This document shows positions 25,401 to 33,807 of a stretch of DNA of 64,000 nucleotides, piece by piece. The DNA is from Monocercomonoides exilis PA203 (taxonomy: Eukaryota > Protista > Preaxostyla): assembly GCA_001643675.2 (NCBI GenBank), contig LSRY02000001.1, positions 62,001 through 126,000 of the forward strand, written 5' to 3'. The notes under the pieces are model-generated. The model was not told the DNA's origin and searched no databases. It saw only the letters and a program-made list of their open reading frames with translations. A program made the position numbers and the translations under genes. The stretch's first letter is position 1. Every line of letters begins with the position of its first letter.

Positions 25401-26056
25401 CATCCAGACATCACTGTTCTGATTTCGCGGGTGGGGATATCGAGGGGCTCATTCATGTTTGTGGTGTGGGTGATGTTTGTGAAGCATGAATGCAGCAGCT
25501 CAACATCGGATATGCCAGATGTGGCGACAAACGGGGAGCCATCACAGACGCAGCAGGAGTCGAAGAGGGATGAGGATATTGAGACTCTGCAGCTCGCTGA
25601 GCTGGCCGGATGGTCAGCACCGCTGGCAATGGATGAAACAGGAACAGCTGGGTTAGAGACTGCCAGCGAGATGTTGAACAGCCACAGGGATGCACTTTGC
25701 AGCTGGGCAACATGGTGGGTTGATTTGGCGGTGTATGAGAGAGTGCAAGATGTGAATGTGGCATTGCTGCTGGTGATGGCAAGGCAGGCGTGTGGTGCAC
25801 AGCATGCAAGGGATGTGTCAGACAGCAGGAAAGAGGTGTTGGCCATTGTTGCACAGTGGCGGCTGAGCAGCTGAGTTTGTTTTGGCGCACTCAACAAACC
25901 CTTGAAAAGGCATTGCTGTTTGTTGTTGGATGTGCCAATGGACTTGTTATTGAAAGGCAAGTGTGCTTTGCATGGTGAATGTTCCGAGCAGTTGGCAGCG
26001 CCATTTGATTCGCATGCAATGAAGCACAAAAACAAGAAAGTCAAATGGCACTTCAT
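18026..26056 (-). CDS. Giant (~2680 aa) single-pass receptor-like protein with beta-helix ectodomain and pseudokinase tail, intact
   Basis: Uninterrupted ORF 18026-26119. Likely start MKCHLTFLFLCFIACESNG (signal peptide-like, ATG 26056). GGAI/FxxN repeats, four G.D...CG....C modules, TM helix, kinase subdomain VIII-XI-like C-terminus. Confidence 0.92.
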   Translation of the reverse strand: MKCHLTFLFLCFIACESNGAANCSEHSPCKAHLPFNNKSIGTSNNKQQCLFKGLLSAPKQTQLLSRHCATMANTSFLLSDTSLACCAPHACLAITSSNATFTSCTLSYTAKSTHHVAQLQSASLWLFNISLAVSNPAVPVSSIASGADHPASSASCRVSISSSLFDSCCVCDGSPFVATSGISDVELLHSCFTNITHTTNMNEPLDIPTREIRTVMSGCTVKCVESPYNGGLFHALNSKSFTHSSANTSFENCHRHHNAQPVVGNHSMLRQNISTGDATFVDCHFSSLTGSPGGAIHFTSSGVLSISHCMFNNCNSSSRGGAISLNNGGKNLISTHTFFNSCNAIHSGGAIDMSTLNSFLIRNTVTTNCTTGHVGSGMITYDCENTGLTDSCIFESCKKKTQDYQGGCFGLYDNGRVNMTDCCFRNCSSEKHGGGICWDNSSNAYVSKVSFCFFENNSAAKMGHDVYIDSGWTNINDECFVLCRSATAGSTNRVVKGMQECSSWIPNTFFDPILVNSFSGIDHQACGSADAGDIQGRRCRTVGYAVGVANPLLQTKAVAVEECVCHETRIDVCTLTISFSGAGADKTVLSADATDSTALVQITTGSATFSSLAFRRNASASLHSHLFHLTDMQGCLEVAHCTITAAETLPDAPFAASIITVAAGHVLFDSAEIGPMCLSSVAALTVNAEAALSVTLTSTNLTAITRQSGSGSGLECSLIAGSQVCITGGSFSSCTACQDGSCGGGVCVHLTDEDAEMVVNGSAAFADCCVPDTEGTGGTGGKGGKGGGMMVHIDNAKALLQISSGVCFSNSTPNRAAVGRDLFLRCTSRVMLSDIVNTTTLQFVDHTHCFADPSRLSGSEDGADQPAIPLEIYLCHHDNNIYVDGLAGTDHLHCGPSVFACETVHFAASNRITSASTTILLAANSTLASEITIETLPFLLSSATAHLQAVHVHDAGQCSNKAIVTASAEMSASSICFLLPTAMSTGRHGFIHSLAAFTLDHCCIDFHSAPSHPVIFYIMRLASGSATITNTQISTHAEFSTFTPILISGAHSITINSTIIARPRRANGDGGCLIAEKHTQQGTTMHLSNCTISSCCIRAHTLKGGGLYASVENGRKLTMTGVTFTQCSALSSAPEADTNSDAETEADEEVDAENEDTEERGLGGGMFIEGGEGSMDFVLQNMTFDECRAWRGKSLFVAGQMLDSVADTLHLKWDMDGPAFQSLHQLNGWERATCGEHYAVPLVVYLWTNFSAHAYVDGTDGWDFSACGFDVAPCRSIDKALQLRFVPDLPSSASTITVTHSTTFSILLHLQPSATHHNPQLLINGNLHGTPVAVHEPALQGSNKAFLASSILLRLANLSFSLPPSLHSILSFLQTATSSARLSLSACSFASTAPSSPTSYAVVSVLAGSADIANCCVSAITLAHPFFLVAATASQAAVQNLSACMVDASPAGIIEVAAPAEDASKQTYSPTNSQLTFTIADSNFTNITARANHSTVFALPSYQSIDCVLDSCFCTNCVGETIDEGGAVRVCLSSTESSLKVASCVLTQCVCSRTKGKGGALMIDCTQPQSHSQSYSQSSPPAPDDLLHPIPLRILNDRFILNDAFAGKDIFIRSDHVATQINETQFTLDFTQPSLQTNNSICGSTFTDSTLLDLIPLITFFKAGQIHACLLGTDSRQCGSTSNMCRTIDNSIRHIDSGTWNMVVVHTDSAFARQTTLADLTLRSATKLICLVHLQTPIAIEQTHHAVVAFANDCSLDSCHFSISSGFASELDSVFRQLNGSLLVVSCTFTSAGTEALLNSTLISVASGVFEMRKASLHSIATTRNLLLFCSSAVAVCTETNISSTATSNAALAIEPSTTIEIRDLAIHNSTADNAFITCGCPQTPGTQPSPDEPASLLKLVGVAVAHATTKRCGIDCTSCTGTILQHNCSFTNFTSTSSSTSTPTFASASATGTMERFANCANIQIEACIFQGTGTAASCTSSTSNTANTAREVADNVCTWNGSLVHFADSSVAITDAAFTAAPQGALSLSAASAHIRKILFANNTPSIPNYQSARRNIICSNASALHLTSIAGGDGLLPNTSLWIHTTACSLHGIPAQRASSFFIPTLTSAAITHHNNTHIQIRCNGSLLLPCNLSYALFFLLGDQHAVEKGLFSHDDYVSENEIASTIPANAIADASDKADVLVALQFGNPSSPSFTDAIVVKNKSESQANGDEKLVEEGKEEKSYWLLIVIVLVAILFIVLIGFIIFVVRWRKQKRRTEELEEIVNDNIKKDPKAFEMVTMEMSPEEQWRRAEREAEKKNEERFKKRVYEKSLGHSESSEHLLSESGSTEYILGKDSDKIPDWALEKVEEEEIRKRSPSPSISSTSTTDSDSTFVRREELCPTTSSMSNLVDAMACSSPHEKLIVDLRDSLFMLLHGKNEKKEMAIGSLKEREQTAAQILFWVAGGALFSFEDGEDDLPSLPNLSPHIVLFSEHMVICIALHSDFSSEDSDTSSISSSTVVTSASDDDDDGRNDRDSLPSSAFEEEDSFKKECLRWKAPELLINKKMGATQKSVAFSIGMMLWECVTLQIPFGEYEAETAGQKIANGEKPDLGAAGCSAFAQTINACLSQNPDARPSPAQLQRQFIQHFPGGAPSLTASDALYCYCPLHLNCSSDQSASYSATTFTEDPAAPS

Positions 26057-26977
26057 GGATGCTTTCAGCATGGTGACACATAATTTTTTTTTTTGAATTT
26101 GATTTGTCAGAAAGTCCAAATTATGAGTTTTGTTTTTCTTTGAATGGGTCTTCGAGATAATGTCTTGGCAAATTTTATGTGCTTTTTAACTTTTGTTAAT
26201 TGCTGTTCTTTTACTTCGATGAACAACGAAAATTGTGTGATTGTTGCAATCATAACGAATATATATGATTTGAGCAATTGTGATGATTGTGAATCTCAAT
26301 AATTTAATTTTCATGAAAAATGTTTGATTTCATCCAGCTTCGTAATCATCTTTCTCTTTCTTTTCAAACGCAAAATCAAACAAATATCAAAAAAGTTGGC
26401 ATTGATGTTGTTATAATTCTCACTTTGACTTTCATTTTGCAGAAATATTATTCAGATAGAGAAAGACAATCCGAACTCTTAATTTTGCACCAAAAACAAG
26501 GAAAAGTCATTAACGTTTCAGATTGAAACAATTCATAAATTTTTCGTTATAGGAAAGTCTTTTAAAGAAGTAAATAAATTTTGAAAAAGTTATTAATTTT
26601 CGAATTAAAGGTCTATGATCAAAAGAACTTTATTGCAAGATCTGAAGAGGAAAAAATAGTCAAATAATATTTCAATCAAATACGATCTTCCATGATAAAG
26701 AAGAAACGAGGAATAGGTTTTTCGAATGTTTTCAAGAGTTTGCCGAAATGGACTGGCCTTGAATCGAAAATTCAAACAAAATCAGAAAGGTTACAGAATA
26801 TACAAATATTTTTGATGTCAAACATATAGAAAAAAATACATCAATATTTTAGAATACCATTTTTTCCGAAAATGAAACAACCAATTAATATTGTCATGCA
26901 GATTCTATTATATTGTTGTATTGAAATTTGACTGAAACAGATTCATTTGCCGATAGATATTTCTTATCCATCAATAT

Positions 26978-27233
26978 GGGTGATTATTTTTTGAGATCAT
27001 AACTTTTTTCGGGTTGTTGATTTTTTATCGGTTTTTTGTCACTGAGAAAAGATTTTGTATTAGAATGCTGAATTCTTCACAACTGTATCATTGACAAACG
27101 TTTTTGCTCAAATAAAGATGATGATGTCATTTATATGCCTTTTCATTTTTCAGTGTTCTTTTTTGGATGTTCAAGTGAAATATTCGAACCGAAAAATATG
27201 AAAGAAAAAATATGATTTCAAAAATAATCACTC
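26978..27233. mobile_element. 256-bp MITE nested in Merlin copy 1; 4-bp TSD ATAT
   Basis: GGGTGATTATTTTTTGAGATCATA ... TATGATTTCAAAAATAATCACTC with ATAT on both sides. Removing it plus one ATAT restores ungapped alignment with Merlin copy 2 (32920-32950). Confidence 0.88.
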
Positions 27234-27569
27234 ATATGTTTTTGGGCAAGCGTTGTTCAAGTTGTTTGCATACAAATATGAATTGAAATGATGCAAAATT
27301 AGGAGGATCTTGAAAATTCTTCGAAATAGACGAGGATGTTTGGAGGAGATGGAAATATGGAAGAGGAAGAAAGAAGGATTAGCTGTGGATTTTCGGATAA
27401 GCTGAGATGAAGGAAGGAGGAGGAGCTGGAACCAATTTTGAAATCATCGTTCCAAACAGGAAAAAAGAAATATTGATCCCTATTATTCAAGAAAGGATAT
27501 TAGCAGGCACAACAATTATAAGTGATGAAAGGAAAAGATGCAATTGTTTAAAAGAAATAGGATACGATC

Positions 27570-28040
27570 GGCATAATGATACTATATGGTATTCACTGAA
27601 ATAGAGTAAAATTTATATGGCATGATTTCATTTATTACATAATTGTTTTTTATGCTGACGATTCTGTACGGAAACGTTTTCTCAAGAAATCGAAATAATT
27701 AGAAAAATCTTGTTTTATAAATTATTAATGGGATAAGATCAAAAAATGATAATTGTTTAAAAAATCATAAAACCGAGATCCGGTTGTGCAAAAGATAAAA
27801 AAACGTTTATTATGATTGAGATGTTTATTTAGGAGATGGAGATGGTGAAAATTGCTTCGGAATTCATCTCTTTGATGTAATTAGAATTATTAAAAAAAAA
27901 GAAATGATTTATTTTTTATTTTTGTCAATAACACATTTCCGCAAACTTTTATCATACAGCACATGCTTAAAACAACATATATAATCAGAGTATAGTGTTA
28001 TTAGTGAAATTTGTAAAATGCTATATTGTACTTTTATGCC
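27570..28040. mobile_element. 471-bp non-autonomous element nested in Merlin copy 1; GGCATAA termini, 9-bp TSD
   Basis: GGCATAATGATACTATATGGTATT versus the reverse complement of the right end, GGCATAAAAGTACAATATAGCATT. Flanks are GATACGATC and GATATGATC. Absent from Merlin copy 2. Confidence 0.85.
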
Positions 28041-28628
28041 GATATGATCATATTACAGTCTGTAATAAAATAAACTTCAAAGACACTGAAACAGGTGCAT
28101 GTTCCAATACTGTTGAAGGTTTGTGGAGTCATTAAAGAGGATTTTTCCAAAGCATGGTGTTGGAAAATCGTTTACTGCAGATAACTTGTTTATATGGCTT
28201 GTTAAAAGATATTTGGACCCAAGTTTTGTTTCAAAATTGAAAATGATGTTTCGTATTATTCAAAAAAAAAAATTTCCCATTGTTGTTTATAAAGAAATTA
28301 TCAAAGAAAAAAATGATGATAATGGTGATGCTGACGATATCCAGCATGATCCGGACCATGATGAAATTGAACAAGTTTGAATATATATAGATGAAGGAGA
28401 AAATGCATGGAATGATTCAGATGATTAATAAGAAATATTCGGTTGATCTGTTTTAATAAAAATCAATTTTTTCATTGCTTTTTTAACATTTTCTGACATA
28501 TTTTTTCTCAACACAAAAGCTTAGTAATATCAAATAAATCATTAGAAACAAAAACAGTCTCGGGGGGAAAAAATCGAAACATCTCATTTTCTTAAAAAAT
28601 CTATTAAATAATTGGAAAAATTCAATGA

Positions 28629-30033
28629 TTATCCACGGACATATTTTCTATTTATATAATCAAATATTCCATGAAAGCTTGTGATAGTATCTTCGAACCC
28701 TTCTTTTTCCATCTTTTCAAACACTTTCCTTTTCAACTCTTGTCTTTTTGCTTCTTCCATTTCTTCTCTCTTCTTTTCTTTTAAGCTTTTGGTGATTCTT
28801 TCCAAAAACAATAAGTATTTTCGTATTTGGGAGTTTTCAACATTTGATTGATGAAACTCCTTCAAGCAGAAATCAACAACCCCGTTTTTCACCAGATCAC
28901 CTGCATCAACATCTTCCTTTTCTGTCATTTGCATCAAAACATTAAAGCACAATTGTTGAACATCTCTTTGATTTTTTGCAATTGAGCTGCACATCCTCAC
29001 AACACGTGTAATAAACTGCACGTTCTTCGCTTCATAATGAGGGTCCAAGCTGAAATAATGATATGCAGTGGTGAGCCATCGTTTGAAAATGCATATTTCG
29101 TTCATTCCTCCTGTTTTCTCTTCAACCCTCTTCCTCACCACAACCCTTTCAAGTTCTTCTAATTCTTTCGTTGCTTCATTCACAAAATCTAAGTTTCTTG
29201 CGGTGCTGATAAACAATTTTCTATTATCAATTCCAAATGTGAAAATGAGCCAAGCAGATTGGTAGGCAAGCAACGTGAGGTTGTGGTGCTCTTGATGGAA
29301 CTGGATAATTCGAGTAATCTCTATCCAATACAACTTATTATTGATTTTCTTTTTTGACAAAAAATATCAAAGAAAAGAAAAGAAAAGAAAAAGAAAAAAA
29401 AACTTGCTATAGTTCACAAAAAACATTTCACAAACCACATGACAGAAAATGTTGCTCAAAGCAAGCAAAGCCATTTCAGCTTCTTTCTGTGCTTCTTTCC
29501 CCTTCCCTTCTCTTGCTGCAACATCCAACAGGCAGTGAATGCAGATTGAAAGCAATTCTTTTGGAACACAATTGTCCACAAAATGAAGCAGAAGATAGCT
29601 TTCGCAGAGATCAGCCAACAATTTTTCATTTTTCCTTTTCCTTCTCATTCCTTCGTTATAAATCATCTCCTCAATTCTCTGGAACAGCAAAGACCTACTA
29701 AAACTGGAAGTCCACAAATCTTTCATCACATTACAAAATCCAATATTCTTCAGCAACAATACTGCAGCCTTTGTGGGCAATTTCCTATTTCCCATCAATT
29801 TGTCTATTTTATCAAATGTTTCTTTTGTCAAAACTGAATCCAGTTCCTTCCATTCCATTTCCCCAATTAATGCATTCATTTCGAGGATTTTTTGTATCTG
29901 TTTGCCATCACCACAACGCTCAAGCTCAGATAGTGTTTCTTTCAAAAGAAAGGGAAAGAAACTTATGTGCAATAAAATTCTTTCTTTTGAAAAACATGCC
30001 TAAATATCTATTCTCACAAGTTTCGATCTTCAT
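28629..30033 (-). CDS. Three-exon hypothetical protein resembling an expanded Monocercomonoides-specific family
   Basis: Exon 1 is 30033-30000 (MKIETCENRYL), intron 29999-29939 (GC-AG), exon 2 within ORF 29367-29972, intron ~29436-29349, exon 3 within ORF 28629-29360. Recalled family motifs: QKILEMNALI, EMALLALS, HQEHHNLTLLAYQSAW, MEKEGFED. Confidence 0.75.
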
Positions 30034-30061
30034 TGCAATCAATTCAATTCAACAATATATA

Positions 30062-32067
30062 GGGTTATTATTTTATCTTGACCCTTTTTCTTTATTCTGA
30101 CCCAAAAAAATGAAGTGTGAAAAGTTCAAAAAATAACTTCATTAAAAGAAAACAAAATCAGAATTAATTCTTCTGTTTACTTTCCTTTTTCCTTCACCTC
30201 GATTTAATGCATTATCTTTCTTTTCTTCATCAGAATCATCGTTTTTCACATGAAGAAATCTTCTTTTTATTTTTTTCTTTTCATCAACAACAGTCTTCAC
30301 TTCATCTTTCTCCTTTTCATCCATTTCATTTTTTCTTTCAATATTCATTTTCTAATTATTTTCCCATTTCTCTAAAAGATTTTCGTCGGTTATCACTTTT
30401 CCATAAAAGTTGAATCTATTTCTTCGTAATGGAAAAGGGTAAATAGATGAATCGGGCAGTTTCAAAAGAACTGGCCCAGAAGTATTGTGCAGAACACCAC
30501 TGCAGACGAAAGCTTTCTGAATTACAGTATATTATTATGCAGTGTGGACTGCTTGAGGAAAAATGTTTACAATTGCTGCTCGTTTGGAGGAAGATGAAGA
30601 AGAAGATGGAGCCTCAAATCTGTTTGTCAGTTCAGATTTGAACACAGCAAACACTCCTCTGTCCAGTGGTTGACAAAGGTGTGTGCTATGTTGCACGAAG
30701 GTTAAAACGTCGACTTGTTGTTTTTGGAATTCTCACCAGATCGATGGATCTGCGCGAGATGCACGCGAATCAAGAAGGAGAAGAATGTGTCCATTTTCAA
30801 GTGACATGCGATTTCTTCTTTCGATGATCGAAAGGAGAAGAATGGTGAGAGCATCCCTTTTGAAACATTTTTCCCATACAGAAGCTTCCATTTTCCCAAA
30901 TTTCAAGCGTTGAGGTGAAAAGGCTTTTCAGCTCCTCTGGAAGAATGATGCATGGACATAGAATAATTGAATGAAAGGCATATCAATCTGCTGCCACAGC
31001 TGACATGAATGAATAATTGATCATTCTTGGAGGTTCTTTCGTAGTACCTGCTTTCGTTTCTGCTGAATGCATAACAAGCTGTTTTGAATCTGTAGGAACA
31101 CGAGTTGAAGATTCGTCGATATTTATGATTAAAGCTGGATTGAAATAGTATTTCTCATGAAACTCGTCGAATGTTTTTTGTACCAGGGTTTTCAAACACT
31201 TCTGCACGAAACAGCCAGTCTGTTAATGTCCAAATTCTTCGGAGTTCCAGTCTTCAGCTCCGGATGACGCTTGACAAAGCCATATGTGGCAGACATTGAA
31301 ACTTCGTGAAATGGTGCGTCTTCATCGTCGTTGTCGTTTATAACATTTTCTATCTGAAAAGCAAATAATAAAAACATAAAAATAAAGCAAACCAATTCTC
31401 TTGTTTTTTTTAACGTTAAACATGTTCCAGACTTTGCTTCAATATGAATAATATCTAAAACTCTTTGTTCCTTTTCGCCCACTACTGCTGCAGGTCTGCC
31501 AATTTTTCCAACCAGCCTTCCTTTTCTCAGTGCTCGAACTGCATTCTTTGTTCCTGTGCTGCTGAATTCCTTGGAATTAAAAGCATCCGTAATAGGAACA
31601 ACTTCATCAAAAACGATGTGAGCCATTCGCTCCAGCCGACTGTTGTATTTTCTATGCTTGCGCGAAGACATTGCTCTTTGCAGTTTTTTCTGCCCTTCTT
31701 TTAATTTTATTTCTGTTGATATTTTCATTTTTTTTATAATATTTTTAAGATCATAATAATTCCTTATTTTTTGAATTGAAATGAAATGAAAATAAAAAAC
31801 GATACATAACATTTTTAACAAACTGAAGGTTTTATTCCATGTTTAACCCTCCAATTCCACACAGAAGTTCAATGAAGGGGTTAAACCCCCCCATCTCCCC
31901 CCCCCCCCCAGCGAAATTGGGTTTGTTTCAAAATGAATTTATTTTTATCAATTGAATTCATATATATACTTAAAAATCTTTTCAAATATGAAATTGTGGG
32001 AAAAGTTAATGATTAATTAAAAAAGAAGGTCAAGATAAAAAAAAAGGTCGAGATAAAATTATAACCC
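30062..32067 (-). mobile_element. pogo/Tc1-mariner superfamily DNA transposon (DDE_1-type), defective; TA TSD
   Basis: TIRs GGGTTATTATTTTATCTTGACC and (reverse complement) GGGTTATAATTTTATCTCGACC, flanked by TA. Transposase fragments GKIGRP, GFVKRHPELK, IINIDES, LLLDSRASR, LCQPLDRG. Confidence 0.9.
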
Positions 32068-32408
32068 TATATATATATCGAAAGATGTTTGTGGTCAATC
32101 TAATAAAGAATCGTTAACAATAAAAAACAATATATTACCGTCATTTCAACACTTCAAAGCTGATTTTGATGCTCTTAACAATTATGAATGATAAAATATA
32201 TTTTGAAAAAATTATAATGGTATTGAGCTCTCTCGAAAACTTCAAAACGAGAAGCATTGTGCGTATTGTATTTTGCCGAACACGGATCACGATATATAAT
32301 GATATTGTACCATAATAATTTCTGACAGAAGAAAAATTATCTGTTTGGATTCAATTTGAAGAGATCAGAAAAATGAAATGGTGAAGCGATTAGCATGATA
32401 AACATAAA

Positions 32409-33807
32409 GGCAAAATGAAAGTATATCGGAACTCTCAATTTTGCACAATAAAATAGTGAAAGTCATTTATATTATATATAGATACAATATGCAAATTTTC
32501 AGCTATCGGAAAGTCTTTTTAAGAAGTTTAAAAAAACATGGAAAAGTCAAAAAAATTCTAATTTATTGTTTATGATCAAAAGAGTTTTATGGCAAGATCT
32601 GAAGAGGAAAAAAATAGTCAAATAGTATTTCGATTAAATACGATCTTCCATGATAAAGAAGAAACGTGGAATTGGTTTATCAAACGTTTTCAAGAGTTCG
32701 CTTCCAAGGATTGCCCAAAATGCAGAAGCAAAAGGAGAATCAGTGAGGAAACAGAAGGTTTCAAATATCTTTGGTGTCAAACTTGCCGAAAAAAACCTCA
32801 ATATTTGAAAATACGTATTTTCCAAAATGAAACTACCAATTAATATTGTTCTGCTAATTCTTTCATGTTATTGGATTGGTATTGGATTGAAACAGATTCA
32901 TTTGCTGACAGATGTTTCTTGTCCAACAATAAGTTTATGGATAAGCGTTGTGAGAGTTGTGTGTTCACAAATTTGGAATGAAACGACGCCGAAATAAGGA
33001 GGGCTTGGAAAATACGTCGAAATAGATGAGGCTGTTTGGAGGAGAAGGAAATATGGAAGAGGAAGAAAGAAGGATTTGCTGTGGATTTTCTGAGGAGTTG
33101 TGAGGAAGGAAGGAGGAGGAGCTGGAACCAATTTTGAAATCATCGTTCCAAACAGGAAAAAAGAAATATTGATCCCTATTATTCAAGAAAGGATATTAGC
33201 AGGCACAACAATTATAAGTGATGAAAGGAAAAGATGCAATTGTCTGAATAATAAAGATTATGAACATATTGCAGTTTGTCATTAAATTAACTTAATAGAT
33301 TCAGAAACAGGTTCATGTACCAATACCGTTGAAGGGTTGTGGAGTCATTTAAGAGCGTTTTTTCCAAAGCATGGAGTAAGAAAAACATTCATTGCAGATT
33401 GTTTATTTATGTGGCTTGTTCAAAGGAATCTTAAACCAAATATTGCTGATATTTTTTACAAAAATTAATTCATATTATTCCAGAAGAAAAACCCATTATT
33501 GCTGATGAAGAAATTGATTTTTCAGAAAATGAAGAAATTCCTGATGCTGACGATATTCTGCATGAACAGCGTGATGATGAAAAAGAAGAAGATTCAAATA
33601 GCGTTGATGACTGAGAGGATGCTTCTGATTATTCTGATGAATAAGCAGAAATTTTCATTTGATCAGTTTGAATAAAAAATTATTGAAAGTTTTTTTAAAC
33701 GTTTTCCGACAACTTTTTTCACATTTCAACACTTTATGAACACAAAAGAAATCAATAGAAACAAGAATAATCATAATTTGAAAGTTCCGATATTCTTTTA
33801 ATTTGCC
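32409..33807 (+). mobile_element. Full-length Merlin (IS1595/ISXO2-like) DNA transposon, defective transposase; 8-bp TSD AACATAAA
   Basis: TIRs GGCAAAATGAAAGTATATCGGAACTCTCAA and (reverse complement) GGCAAATTAAAAGAATATCGGAACTTTCAA. AACATAAA at 32401-32408 and 33808-33815. Zn ribbon CPKC..CQTC, VEIDE, TIISDE, TNTVEGLWSHL. Confidence 0.95.

Larger units (their letters stand above)
26460..28515 (+). mobile_element. Decayed Merlin (IS1595/ISXO2-like) DNA transposon, copy 1, with two nested insertions
   Basis: Colinear with 32409-33807. EIDEDVWRRWKYGRGR, IVPNRKKEILIPIIQERILAGTTIISDE, TGACSNTVEGLWSH. Ends are eroded, so boundaries are approximate. Confidence 0.88.
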
